A DNA stretch of 64,000 nucleotides from Candidatus Subterrananammoxibius californiae (GCA_030586555.1 JAURAC010000001.1:64001-128000), one strand, 5' to 3'. Positions 37,860 through 48,108 are shown, counted from the stretch's first letter. Numbers and translations: made by a program. The notes: a model not told the origin generated them from the sequence alone.

Positions 37860-40043
37860 TTAGTTGGATACCAATACAGGCTCATTTACTGGCAAATTGA
37901 TTATAAACATTGCCCCTGTTTTATTATTTTCTACACGGATAGAACCGTCCATATCTTCAAGTTTCTTCTTGACGATAGAGAGCCCAAGGCCTGTACCCGA
38001 TTGTTTTGTTGTGTAAAAGGGGTCGAATATCTTAGAAAAGGCATCTTGAGGGATTCCACCCCCGGTATCTGCAAAGGTTATCTCGATAGTAGAGACGCAA
38101 GATTTTGCGTCTCTACCGCCTGAGGCGGATGCGGAAATTGCCAATTCACCACCATCGGGCATTGCCTGAATTGCGTTATTAATGATATTAAAGAATACTT
38201 CTTTTAAAGAACCTTCTTCAGTATTTAACGTAGGAAGGTCGTCTGGAATTTTGCAAGAAATGTTAATGTTGTTTTTCCTTGCTTCATGATTGAGGACCAA
38301 TAAGACTGAGCTTAAGACATCGCCAATCTTAACAGTGGTCTTAACCTCACCTTTTGGTCTTGCGAATTGCAAGAGTTGATTGACGACCTTGCTTAGCCTG
38401 TCTATCTCATCAACAATTATTGATAGATCTTCCTGCACGACTGCATCATGCTTTAAGTCCTCACGCATAACCTGCACTATGGTTTTTATTGAACTCAGGG
38501 GGTTTTTTACTTCGTGGGCGACACTGGTAGAAAGTCTGCCGAGACTGGAAAGTTTTTCATTCTCATATATTTTTCTTTCAAGTTTTAACTTCTCATCTAT
38601 CAATTTTGACTTGCCTATTGCAGAGCCTATTTGGTTAGCAATAATCATTAACTGGTCAAGGTTATCAGATGGAAGAGGAAGTCCACGCCTTGTGCGGCCG
38701 AGTGCGAGTAGTCCAATTAGATTTCTGTCTTCATAGATTGGGAAAATTAACAAGGCATCCAGAATCCTCATTTCATTGATTATTGATACATCCTTTATTT
38801 CGTGCCTGTTGAGGACTGATAGACCGCCTTTTGAAAAATTATTAATGATGTTTTGTAAATCCATACGAGTGATTGTATCCGCCTCAGGCGGAGGGGTATC
38901 TCCAAAGCGTTGGATTTTATTCCTGCCAAAGACATTCTGCCTTGGGTGTCCGAATAGCAATATAGCTGCTTTCTTTATGCCAGCGGCACTTTTTATATGC
39001 ACCACAATAGATTCAAGTAACTTAGGCAGGTCGAGGAGTGAATCAGCGCTTATTGCACGGCTCAGGTTGTTAAGTAAATACTCACTGTCTGCAATCCTTC
39101 TGAATAGCAAATTGCGCATCATTCCCTGTACCTTTTCCTTTAGCTTCGGAAACCAATACACCAATCCTATAACAAATATTGCCTCAAGCACCTTGTTATT
39201 TAAGCCGTAACTATGCTCAAGAAATTTACTGAACTGTTTTACGCCAAAATAGTAAAAGCAGATAATTATCAGCGTTAAGAATGAGTAAAATACACTGCGC
39301 CTGAGGACAAACTCCATGTAGTTGTACCTGTATACGTAGTAGGAAAACACTATGCTTGGGAATATCGAGGAAAGCATAGCCGCCAGGAGGAAGTAGTCGC
39401 CAATGAAAGAAATGTTCTTTCCACCAAGGAGAATGGTGAAAGCGATAAAGATAGATACAAAGATTAATACCCAAAAGATAAAGAAGTGAAATTTACGTTC
39501 TTCTCTTTCTTCAGTCGTTTGTGAAAGACTTCTTGCAATGCCTGCAGAGATAAGTAGAGAGGTAATTAGCCATAATACAAATGGCTTAACAAGAGGGGAC
39601 ATGCTCATCAGCAAATAAGGGTCTTTAAAGGATATTGTCTTTTCAATTGCAATGGCGAAGATAACCACAGGGAGATAGATTATTGTGGTTACCACCCATT
39701 TCATCATCCTGTTCACATATCTGGCGCTTTCGAAAAGGAAGACCGTGGCTGTGTGAAGTAACAAGCTCGGCATGAAGCCAATCCCGATATAGGCTACTGC
39801 ATCGGAAAAATAACTGATAGATGGGATATTCCTGCCAAAGAGCATTAAGCTAAATAGTGAGATGCTGTTGCCGAGGTTCCACATAGCGACGCTGATAACT
39901 AAGAACAGAAATATTATTTCACTGCTCGTCTTATCCTTTCTCTGGACAATAAGAACGGCAAGCACAGAGTGGAGTATTGTGCCTAACAGAAAACCTATTA
40001 ATGAAATAATTTCGTATAGCGACATAAGGCTTATAATAGTCAT
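37860..40043 (-). CDS. Membrane sensor histidine kinase (multi-TM N-terminus, GAF-like region) with two in-frame repeat insertions
   Basis: VAHEVKNPL H-box, NA..A N-box, DTGGGI, PFYTTK..GTGLGL; start may be 40025. Confidence 0.92.
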   Translation of the reverse strand: MTIISLMSLYEIISLIGFLLGTILHSVLAVLIVQRKDKTSSEIIFLFLVISVAMWNLGNSISLFSLMLFGRNIPSISYFSDAVAYIGIGFMPSLLLHTATVFLFESARYVNRMMKWVVTTIIYLPVVIFAIAIEKTISFKDPYLLMSMSPLVKPFVLWLITSLLISAGIARSLSQTTEEREERKFHFFIFWVLIFVSIFIAFTILLGGKNISFIGDYFLLAAMLSSIFPSIVFSYYVYRYNYMEFVLRRSVFYSFLTLIIICFYYFGVKQFSKFLEHSYGLNNKVLEAIFVIGLVYWFPKLKEKVQGMMRNLLFRRIADSEYLLNNLSRAISADSLLDLPKLLESIVVHIKSAAGIKKAAILLFGHPRQNVFGRNKIQRFGDTPPPEADTITRMDLQNIINNFSKGGLSVLNRHEIKDVSIINEMRILDALLIFPIYEDRNLIGLLALGRTRRGLPLPSDNLDQLMIIANQIGSAIGKSKLIDEKLKLERKIYENEKLSSLGRLSTSVAHEVKNPLSSIKTIVQVMREDLKHDAVVQEDLSIIVDEIDRLSKVVNQLLQFARPKGEVKTTVKIGDVLSSVLLVLNHEARKNNINISCKIPDDLPTLNTEEGSLKEVFFNIINNAIQAMPDGGELAISASASGGRDAKSCVSTIEITFADTGGGIPQDAFSKIFDPFYTTKQSGTGLGLSIVKKKLEDMDGSIRVENNKTGAMFIINLPVNEPVLVSN
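38089..38130. repeat. GTAG palindrome fused to CCGCCTGAGGCGG palindrome, in frame in the kinase ATPase domain
   Basis: GTAGAGACGCAAGATTTTGCGTCTCTAC + CGCCTGAGGCGGAT. Confidence 0.85.
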
Positions 40044-40168
40044 ATAAGTGAAACCTGTCAAGAGGATTTCGGATTGAGGAATTTGGATTTCGGAATAACA
40101 CTGCATTTGCACTAAAAAATGTGGTATACTTAAGCAAGATGGGTTATACTCCCGAGGAGGATAAATAT

Positions 40169-40693
40169 ATGAAAACGGCTACCTGGTTCTTATTTGCTGC
40201 CATGATGTGTGTGGGTTGTGCTTACATACCCATAGGAAAGCACGGATTCGGTATTGAAAAGACTCCCAAGGGGGAGGGTGTCGTAGTGCATGCAGTTAAC
40301 GAGGGTAGCCCCGCTGAAAAGGCTGGCATAAAGAAGGATGATGTAATCGTCTCTTTAGATGGTAAGAAGATTGAAGACCCTTATGTTGTCGCAAAAGAAA
40401 TTGCAGAAAAACCTTATGGTAAGAAGGTCCTTCTGAAAATAGTCAGGGAGGGAAAGCCCATAGACTTAGAGTTATTGATAGAGAAAAAGGGGTTGCAGAT
40501 ACTTAATGCTGACATGACGGGGGCTTATCCCGATTACTCACTTGTGCTGATTGAGGATTATTTCTGGCTTGGAAGCTATCCTTATCCAATGACCTCTGAA
40601 GAATTAGAAAGCCTTAGAACCTATCTCGGTGTTTACGACCCCGACCACATCCCTCCTGCATCCTTCACAATCTTTACCTTAAGGGTTCGTTAA
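40169..40693 (+). CDS. PDZ-domain lipoprotein
   Basis: Lipobox-like CVGC; GSPAEKAGIKKDDVIVSLDG; GAGGAGG RBS. Confidence 0.85.
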   Translation: MKTATWFLFAAMMCVGCAYIPIGKHGFGIEKTPKGEGVVVHAVNEGSPAEKAGIKKDDVIVSLDGKKIEDPYVVAKEIAEKPYGKKVLLKIVREGKPIDLELLIEKKGLQILNADMTGAYPDYSLVLIEDYFWLGSYPYPMTSEELESLRTYLGVYDPDHIPPASFTIFTLRVR

Positions 40694-40864
40694 TAGTGTA
40701 CAAAACGCCTTCAAAGATTTTCAACTTAAAGTTCCACCAACACTTTTTGGCTTTCTTTGCGCCTCTGTGTCTCTGTGGTTATATTATCCACAGTAAGAGA
40801 ATAAATAATGCAAATTAAAATACAGGGACACAGAGATTAGAAACTATTCATTTTTCTCCATCTT

Positions 40865-40879
40865 TGGCACGAGATTTGT
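40865..40879 (+). promoter_or_regulatory. Possible sigma54 (-24/-12) promoter
   Basis: TGGCAC-N5-TTGT, one mismatch to TTGC, upstream of the signalling operon. Confidence 0.4.
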
Positions 40880-40926
40880 TTGTCTCTATTAGATTGTTGA
40901 AATACAGGTAGTGTGTATGGATTGAA

Positions 40927-41709
40927 ATGATGAAAATGAATCCTGAGAAACACAAAACTTCTAAAAGGGGATTTCGTAGTGGTGAGGGTTCAACTCCCAC
41001 CCAAACGGGTAGGGAGGGGCTTACAGCTCACATTGCTAATAAGGTTGAGGCAACGGGAAGGATGGCGAGATACGTTGCCCACGAAATACGCAATCCCTTA
41101 GCTATAATAAATAGCAATGCCCAATATGCACTTGACTACCTGCGTCACGCCGAGCGCTACGACAATAAGATACTGGAGGAATCCCTTACAGCCATAATCG
41201 GAGCCGTACAACTGGCTAATAAGTTCGTAAGTGAACTTGCAGAGTTACATAGTCTTGAGTTCCAGAAGAAAGAAACAAACATACGGCCAATCATAAAAAA
41301 AGCTATTGATTTACTGAAAGTGGAAATTGACAGAAAAAAGATAAGGGTTTCTTCAGAATTTCTTTCACGCATCCCAAAAGTAATGGCTGATAAGGAAAAG
41401 CTGAAACATGCCTTTGTCAACATTCTCTTGAATGCCATACAGGCGGTTAAAACGGGTGGTAGTGTTGAGATAAAAGCCCGAACAGATGTAAGCACCAAGT
41501 CTGTTATTGTTCAGTTTGAAGATACAGGGCATGGAATTCCAGAAGAATATATTGAAAAGATTTTTGAGCCTTTTGTTTCTCTAAAGGATGGTTGTAAAGG
41601 GATTGGTCTTGCGATATGCTCGATGATAATTAATGCACACGGTGGCACAATAAATGCCAAAAATATGGCAAAAGGAGGGGCAATATTTACAGTTGTTTTA
41701 CCAATGTAG
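40927..41709 (+). CDS. Sensor-less cytoplasmic histidine kinase
   Basis: VAHEIRNPL, NAIQA, DTGHGI, GIGL; only ~45 aa precede the H-box. Confidence 0.88.
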   Translation: MMKMNPEKHKTSKRGFRSGEGSTPTQTGREGLTAHIANKVEATGRMARYVAHEIRNPLAIINSNAQYALDYLRHAERYDNKILEESLTAIIGAVQLANKFVSELAELHSLEFQKKETNIRPIIKKAIDLLKVEIDRKKIRVSSEFLSRIPKVMADKEKLKHAFVNILLNAIQAVKTGGSVEIKARTDVSTKSVIVQFEDTGHGIPEEYIEKIFEPFVSLKDGCKGIGLAICSMIINAHGGTINAKNMAKGGAIFTVVLPM

Positions 41710-41733
41710 GGGTTCAATATATTGAACCCCTAC
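41706..41733. repeat. GTAG REP-like palindrome providing the TAG stop
   Basis: GTAGGGGTTCAATATATTGAACCCCTAC perfect palindrome. Confidence 0.88.
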
Positions 41734-41855
41734 ATCTGGTATGGCACGAAACCATATTTTATGGAATTAGCATCATGGTAAGAATTCCGTACAAGAAGCA
41801 GGCACAAATATTGCAAGTAGACCTGAGGCGGAAAAAAGAGAAGAGGTAACGGTGT

Positions 41856-42278
41856 ATGGCTGTAAAACAGAAGGATAAGCCAAACATTCTTGTGGTAGAT
41901 GACGAGGCGGAGGCATTGAAGATACTGGAAAAGATTCTTACGAAACATGGCTATAACGTGTTGAAAGCACGTAACGGCATGGAGGCGCTGAGGGTTACAA
42001 GAAAGAGTAACATAAAACTGGCACTGCTGGATATAAAGCTGCCAAAGATGGATGGAATTGAATTGTTAGGTCGGTTTAAAAAGGTTAATCCTGATTTAAT
42101 TGTTATTATGATAACGGCATTTGGTACGCTAAAAACAGCAATAGATGCGATGAAATTAGGTGCGTATGACTACATAACGAAACCGTTCGATTTAAATTTT
42201 ATTACCTCTATTGTCGAGCAGGCTCTGGAAGAACACGACGCTGCGTCAGAAATTGGGGGAAGACCAAATGATTTGTAA
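41856..42278 (+). CDS. Single-domain response regulator
   Basis: ILVVDD, LLDIKLP.MDG, ITAFG, YITKPF. Confidence 0.92.
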   Translation: MAVKQKDKPNILVVDDEAEALKILEKILTKHGYNVLKARNGMEALRVTRKSNIKLALLDIKLPKMDGIELLGRFKKVNPDLIVIMITAFGTLKTAIDAMKLGAYDYITKPFDLNFITSIVEQALEEHDAASEIGGRPNDL

Positions 42279-43725
42279 TGGAAAAGAAATAAAAGTTCTT
42301 GTAGTAGATGACATGAAGGATATGTGCTGGACTGTTTCCAATTTCCTCCGCCAGAAGGGTATTACAGCCATTTCCACGCAAGATGGCAAAAAGACCGCGG
42401 AGATAATTTCGAGGGAATCACCCGATGCCGTCTTACTCGACTTAAAAATGCCAGTCATTAGCGGGGTGGATGTTTTAAAGCAAATAAAAAAGGCAAATGC
42501 AGACATCCCCGTCATAATATTGACCGCTTATGGCGAAATAAGGTCTGCGGTAGAGGCAGTTAAATTGGGCGCCTATGACTATATTAGCAAGCCATTTGAT
42601 AATGACGAGGTACTGATTACCCTGATGAGGGCGATAAATGACCGCAGGCAGAAAAGAGAGATTAACCATCTCCGTTCGCAACTGGAGAAAATAATGCCTT
42701 TACCTGAGTTCATGGGTTCCAGCCCCCAGATAGAAAAGGTCTTCGAGCAGGTAAAATGCGTTGCCCCCACGGATTTTACCGTTGTTTTATATGGAGAAAC
42801 GGGTTCTGGCAAGGAGCTGGTTGCCAGGGCTATTCATAATAATAGCCCTCGGCGGAATGGCAATTTTGTTGTTATTGATTGCGGCTCTATTCCTGATACG
42901 CTAATTGAGAGTGAGCTTTTTGGCTATGAAAAGGGCGCTTTTACAGGAGCGGAAACTACAAAGAAGGGGCATTTTGAACTGGCATCGGGAGGTACTCTAT
43001 TTCTTGATGAGATTGGAAATCTTTCAAAGGCTATGCAGAGCAAATTGCTTCACGCATTACAAGAACGCCGCATTCGCAGGGTTGGAGGAAAGGACTTTAT
43101 TGATATTGATATACGGGTCATTGTGGCGGGCAATGAAAAACTTGAAGACCTCGTTAAATCAGGACATTTCCGCCAGGACCTTTACCACAGGCTTAACGAG
43201 TTCTTGATTGAAATCCCACCGCTTAGAAAAAGAAAGGCTGATATTTTATTTCTTTGCAAACGCTTTATAGATACTACGAACATAGAATTAAACAAGCATG
43301 TACGAGGTGTTTCTGAGGCGGCTACGGAACTGCTTTATGCCTATAACTGGCCAGGAAATGTCAGAGAACTAAAAAACGTCATAAAAAGGGCTGTGCTTTT
43401 AGCAAACGAGTTAATAGAACCACAACATCTTCCCACCCCTGTTGGATGCGATTCTCAGACTACAGCAGTAAAGGCGCTTCATAAAGAGGTAGACGCAATA
43501 AAGACAGGTTTTAATAAAGACTTCTCGTTAAGAGAGATTGTAAAGAAAAGCATTAACGATATTGAAAGGAAGGTAATTATTGAAGCCCTCATACAAACAG
43601 GGGGAAATAAAAGCAAAGCAGCAAAGATACTTTCTATTGATTATAAGACAATGTACTATAAGGTTAAAGAATACGGCATAACCATTAAAGATTTGCTTAC
43701 AGGTTCAACCGTATCTGTGTGCTGA
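42268..43725 (+). CDS. sigma54-dependent response regulator (NtrC family)
   Basis: Receiver domain, GETGSGKE, ESELFGYEKGAFTGA, WPGNVREL, HTH. Confidence 0.95.
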   Translation: MICNGKEIKVLVVDDMKDMCWTVSNFLRQKGITAISTQDGKKTAEIISRESPDAVLLDLKMPVISGVDVLKQIKKANADIPVIILTAYGEIRSAVEAVKLGAYDYISKPFDNDEVLITLMRAINDRRQKREINHLRSQLEKIMPLPEFMGSSPQIEKVFEQVKCVAPTDFTVVLYGETGSGKELVARAIHNNSPRRNGNFVVIDCGSIPDTLIESELFGYEKGAFTGAETTKKGHFELASGGTLFLDEIGNLSKAMQSKLLHALQERRIRRVGGKDFIDIDIRVIVAGNEKLEDLVKSGHFRQDLYHRLNEFLIEIPPLRKRKADILFLCKRFIDTTNIELNKHVRGVSEAATELLYAYNWPGNVRELKNVIKRAVLLANELIEPQHLPTPVGCDSQTTAVKALHKEVDAIKTGFNKDFSLREIVKKSINDIERKVIIEALIQTGGNKSKAAKILSIDYKTMYYKVKEYGITIKDLLTGSTVSVC

Positions 43726-43742
43726 CAGCGCGCACAAAATCT

Positions 43743-43809
43743 GGTAGACAACGAGGTTTTATCCGCCTCAGGCGGATTGATTCAACGAACATAAAGTTCG
43801 TTGTCTACC
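43743..43809. repeat. GGTAGACAACG family copy 3 (inverted), with nested ATCCGCCTCAGGCGGAT
   Basis: Direct comparison with the other copies. Confidence 0.9.
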
Positions 43810-43834
43810 ATAAATGGTGATGGGGAGGAAGGCG

Positions 43835-45874
43835 ATGGAAAATTTGGTGACTTCTAAAAAGGTCAACTTTAGGCGGATTACCGATCCTGAAGTGTCGAGG
43901 GTGGTGACTAATAATCAGGAGAAATCGCAGGAAGACTTGAAAAGGAAGCTGGTACAGCGTACCGAAGCGTTCCTCGAATCGGAAGAAAAATACCGAACCC
44001 TTTTTGAAATGGCTAATGACGGGATAGCAATAATAGACCCTGAAACGGCTAAATTTGTTGAGGTAAATAAGAAACTGGAAGAGACCATTGGATATAGTAG
44101 AGAAGAATTAAAAAAGATGGAGGTTTTTGACGTTTGTCTAAAAAAGGAACATAAAAAGATAGCAAAGAAATTTAATGATGTATTAAAAGGGGGTTCTGGT
44201 TTTTATAATGACCTGACTTTAAAGAAAAAAGGTGGGGGCGTCGTTATTGCAAATATTTCGTCAAGTGTTGTTTTACACAGAAAAGGGGTGCGTATCTTTA
44301 GTATTGTAAGGGATATTACAGAAAGAAAGGGATTAATCGAAAAGTCATCGGAATCAGAAGCAAGGTATAAGGCACTTGTTGAAAATATACCTGAGGCAGT
44401 CTATACCATCCTACCGGATGGAACCTATACATTCATGAATGCGGCGATAAAGAAGATAACCGGTTTTAAGCCTGTGGAGTTTTATCGAGACAAGAATTTA
44501 TGGATAAAGCAAGTTCATCCAGAAGACAGAAAAAAAGTATTGAAACAGTTAAGTGAGTTGTGGAACGGTGTAGCACTTCGTCGTGAGTATAAATTCGTGC
44601 ACAAAAATGGCGTTGACGTTATCTGGTTTATAGATAATGCCATTCCAAACATAGATAAGAAAGGACGCATTGTATCTGCTTATGGTGTAATGATAGATAT
44701 TACGGAAAAAAGGAAGATATATGAACAGTTACTGCAGGCAGAGAAAATGGCGGCGCTGGGGATATTAAGCGGGGGGATTGCCCATGAATTTAACAATTTG
44801 CACACTATAATCCTTTCCTCGCTTCAGTTAGCCATGCAAAACAAAAAGCTCTCAACAGATACTAAGACCTACTTAAAGGAGACATTCCAGACATCCTGCC
44901 GACTTTCTGATTTGACCTCGCAATTGTTATTCTTTGCAAGAAAAAAACCTCCTAAAAGGGAAAAGGTTGATATTAAAAAGATTATCCAGGAGACATTGAA
45001 GATTGTTCAGCATGAGTTTCTGTGCGAAGGAATCAACATCGTAACATCTTATTCCAAAGACGTTTCTCCACTCTTTGTTGACCCCGGGCAAATGAGTCAG
45101 GTCTTTTTGAATGTCATGATTAATGCTAAACATGCCATGCACAAGAGTAAGGAGAAATGCTTGACTATTGAAGTAGGTCAGCAGGACAATGTGGTCCATA
45201 TAGCCTTTAGTGATACGGGCAGTGGAATTGAAGAAGAAGCAATACCAAAATTGTTTGAACCATTTTATACAACGAAAGGTTCGTTCGGTAACGGAACTTA
45301 TGAGAATAAAATCCCGGGAACGGGTCTTGGCCTTAGTGTGTCTGATTCTATAGTCAGGGAGCATGGAGGCCGTATTGAGGTTAAGAGTAAAGTCAATATC
45401 GGGAGCACGTTTACCATTCTTTTGCCTATTAGACAGGTTGATATCGAGGTACGGCGAAAAGGAGACGCGAAGGAAAAGTACGGTTCTATAAAAGGGGCAA
45501 AGATTTTGGTGTTGGATGATGAACCCGGTATAAGGAGAATCCTCAAGAACATTTTTGAAAATAAGGGGTGTATTGTTTCTGCCTGCGAAAGTGGAGAGGC
45601 TGCAATTGAGGAGCTAAATATGAATGAATCTTATGATTTGGCGATTGTAGATTTGCAATTGCCAGGGCTTAATGGTTATGGCTTTATAAAAGAGATAAAT
45701 CGCATTTCCTGTGATAGAAGACCTCAAAAAATGGTCTTAACAGGAAAGTTATTGTCATCTGAAAATATTAAGGTACTGGGGAAACTCGGCGTGTACGATA
45801 TTATTTCAAAGCCATTTGATAATAATGTCTTATATGAAAGGGTTTGTGCAGCCTTGTCTCACTCAAAGCAATGA
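43835..45874 (+). CDS. Hybrid PAS-PAS histidine kinase with C-terminal receiver
   Basis: Two PAS domains ending DITE, IAHEFNN, GTGLGL, ILVLDDE receiver. Confidence 0.93.
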   Translation: MENLVTSKKVNFRRITDPEVSRVVTNNQEKSQEDLKRKLVQRTEAFLESEEKYRTLFEMANDGIAIIDPETAKFVEVNKKLEETIGYSREELKKMEVFDVCLKKEHKKIAKKFNDVLKGGSGFYNDLTLKKKGGGVVIANISSSVVLHRKGVRIFSIVRDITERKGLIEKSSESEARYKALVENIPEAVYTILPDGTYTFMNAAIKKITGFKPVEFYRDKNLWIKQVHPEDRKKVLKQLSELWNGVALRREYKFVHKNGVDVIWFIDNAIPNIDKKGRIVSAYGVMIDITEKRKIYEQLLQAEKMAALGILSGGIAHEFNNLHTIILSSLQLAMQNKKLSTDTKTYLKETFQTSCRLSDLTSQLLFFARKKPPKREKVDIKKIIQETLKIVQHEFLCEGINIVTSYSKDVSPLFVDPGQMSQVFLNVMINAKHAMHKSKEKCLTIEVGQQDNVVHIAFSDTGSGIEEEAIPKLFEPFYTTKGSFGNGTYENKIPGTGLGLSVSDSIVREHGGRIEVKSKVNIGSTFTILLPIRQVDIEVRRKGDAKEKYGSIKGAKILVLDDEPGIRRILKNIFENKGCIVSACESGEAAIEELNMNESYDLAIVDLQLPGLNGYGFIKEINRISCDRRPQKMVLTGKLLSSENIKVLGKLGVYDIISKPFDNNVLYERVCAALSHSKQ

Positions 45875-45885
45875 GTGCTGAGCTG

Positions 45886-45914
45886 GTAGGGGCGGGTTTA
45901 AAACCCGCCCCTAC
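45886..45914. repeat. GTAG REP-like palindrome
   Basis: GTAGGGGCGGGTTTAAAACCCGCCCCTAC; compensatory A-T to G-C change relative to 6037/47480. Confidence 0.9.
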
Positions 45915-45926
45915 TGTGATAAACCT

Positions 45927-47474
45927 ATGAATCTCAAATTAGTAAATGGTCCTGAAAAAACAGGCGATTCGCCAAGAATAGATGGATTGGAGAATCATCT
46001 CGGAGCTTCTGAAAAAAAGTACAAGAGATTTTGCGAGATGATTCTCTCAAGTATTCCTTCCTCAATCCTGATATTTGACAGCGAACAGAAAGTGGTCTTT
46101 GCGAACAAAAACTTTTTGATAAAGTCGAGGAAGAGTGAAGAAAATACTATCGGGAAAGGGATTGATGACATCCTTCCACCAGTACTTACCGAGTACAGCC
46201 GACTTTCCGAAAGGATAAGGCGAGTCTTTGAAGAGGGAAGAAGGGATTCTGGACAGGAGATGCTTTATAGGGCTCCGGGTTTACCCTCGAGGGTATACTA
46301 TTATAACTTAACCCCCTTAAAAGACGACAACAGGGTTGTAGAAAGCGTTATGCTGCTTATGGACGATATTACGGAGCAGGTACGTTTACGGGAAAAGGTG
46401 CGCAGGACGGAACGTCATCTGGCAAGCGTTGTTGAAAGCGCCAATGACATAGTGGTCTCAATGGACCCTTATGGTTTAATTATGACGTGGAATAATGCCG
46501 CTGAAAGGATATCGGGATTTATCGAGAGCAACTTACTGGGTAACCATTTAGCCACAATATGTCCTGATGACCAGCAGGTGGAGTTAAGGTCTGTGCTCCA
46601 CGATTTAGCAAAGGGCAGAACGGTTAAGAATGTAGAAATAAACTTGATGACAAAGGGCTTTAAATACATTCCCATTTCCTGGAGCTTTTCATTAATGAGA
46701 GATGACGAGAACCAGATTGTGGGTATTGTTGGCGTGGGGAGGGACCTCACAGAGAGGAGGGCTCTTGAGGCGCAACTCGTCCAATCCGCCAAACTGGCAT
46801 CGTTAGGCGTGCTGGCGGGTGGCATTGCCCACGAGATTCGAAATCCGCTCGGCGTTAGTTCCGCTGCCGCCCAGTTAATGCTTGAGTATCCTGACGATGC
46901 GAAGCTTCGCTGCGAATGCTCAGAAAAGATTTATTCAGGCATTCAGCAGGCTTCGCGCATAATAGAGGGCTTACTGAGGTTTGCCAGGCCCTCTGAAGGC
47001 CGTTTTGAATTAACGAAGATAAACACCATTGTAGAAGAAGCGCTTGTGCTTATCGCCAGACAAATGTCGCTTCAGCAAATAAAGATAAGGAAGTGCCTCG
47101 CTCCAAACCTGCCACAAGTATTGGTAGACAAAAAGCTCCTTGAACAAGTCTTTTTAAATCTTATCCTCAATGCGGCTAATGCCATACCTCAGGGTGGAGA
47201 CCTTACTATTTTCACAAGAAGCAATTACACGGACTCGATAAAAATCATATTTAAAGATACAGGTTGTGGGATTCCTGAGGAGAATCTCGATAAAATATTT
47301 GACCCCTTTTTCACCACTATGCCCGTTGGCATGGGAACCGGGCTCGGCCTTTCTATTAGTTACGGTATCATAAAACAACACAACGGCTTTATAGATGTTG
47401 AAAGCATTGTTGGTAAAGGCTCAACGTTTACTATTACCCTTCCTATCGGGAAAAACCCTGTTAAAAATGGGTAA
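45927..47474 (+). CDS. PAS-PAS histidine kinase
   Basis: PAS domains, IAHEIRNPL, PFFTT..GMGTGLGL. Confidence 0.93.
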   Translation: MNLKLVNGPEKTGDSPRIDGLENHLGASEKKYKRFCEMILSSIPSSILIFDSEQKVVFANKNFLIKSRKSEENTIGKGIDDILPPVLTEYSRLSERIRRVFEEGRRDSGQEMLYRAPGLPSRVYYYNLTPLKDDNRVVESVMLLMDDITEQVRLREKVRRTERHLASVVESANDIVVSMDPYGLIMTWNNAAERISGFIESNLLGNHLATICPDDQQVELRSVLHDLAKGRTVKNVEINLMTKGFKYIPISWSFSLMRDDENQIVGIVGVGRDLTERRALEAQLVQSAKLASLGVLAGGIAHEIRNPLGVSSAAAQLMLEYPDDAKLRCECSEKIYSGIQQASRIIEGLLRFARPSEGRFELTKINTIVEEALVLIARQMSLQQIKIRKCLAPNLPQVLVDKKLLEQVFLNLILNAANAIPQGGDLTIFTRSNYTDSIKIIFKDTGCGIPEENLDKIFDPFFTTMPVGMGTGLGLSISYGIIKQHNGFIDVESIVGKGSTFTITLPIGKNPVKNG

Positions 47475-47479
47475 GCCCT

Positions 47480-47508
47480 GTAGGGGCAGGTTTAAAACCT
47501 GCCCCTAC
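47480..47508. repeat. GTAG REP-like palindrome
   Basis: Identical to 6037-6065. Confidence 0.9.
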
Positions 47509-47534
47509 GGTGGGGCTTTTAAGGGTAAACAAGA

Positions 47535-47927
47535 ATGTCAAAAGGATTCAATACCCTGATTGTTGATGACGAACCCGAAATGTGCTGGGTTCTTGAGAAT
47601 ATGCTCATGCGAGAGGGCCATAAAACCGTCTCTATTACCAGCGGTAAAGAGGCGCTCAAGATGTGTGATGAAAACAGCTTTGAGCTTGCATTCCTTGATG
47701 CCAAACTTCCCGATGTTGACGGCATAGAACTGGCAAAACTCATAAAACAAAAAAATGAAAATATCAAGATTATAATAATTTCAGGCTATTACTATCAGGA
47801 TGCCGAAACCATCCAAAAAGGCTTGGCGGAGGGGTGTTTTTCTGGATTTGTCGGCAAACCTTTTAAGTTGGATGAGATTAGGCTTGCCGTTAAATGTGCG
47901 CTTACTTTTCACGGCATGTCGCCATGA
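47535..47927 (+). CDS. Single-domain response regulator
   Basis: LIVDDE, FLDAKLPDVDG, VGKPF. Confidence 0.9.
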   Translation: MSKGFNTLIVDDEPEMCWVLENMLMREGHKTVSITSGKEALKMCDENSFELAFLDAKLPDVDGIELAKLIKQKNENIKIIIISGYYYQDAETIQKGLAEGCFSGFVGKPFKLDEIRLAVKCALTFHGMSP

Positions 47928-48051
47928 CATGTACTTCCTGATTAGCATTCCACTCTGTCCTACCTCAGTTTGTCTCCTTCAATTGTTATAGAATCCATTC
48001 CATAAATTATTGAATAAATTCTATGGGCGCCTCTCCAAAAATAAAGGCTTC

Positions 48052-48108
48052 GGTAGACAACGAACTTTATGTTCGTTGAATCAACGAGGTAAAACCTCGT
48101 TGCCTACC
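48052..48108. repeat. GGTAGACAACG family copy 4
   Basis: Direct comparison with 7765-7825. Confidence 0.9.
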
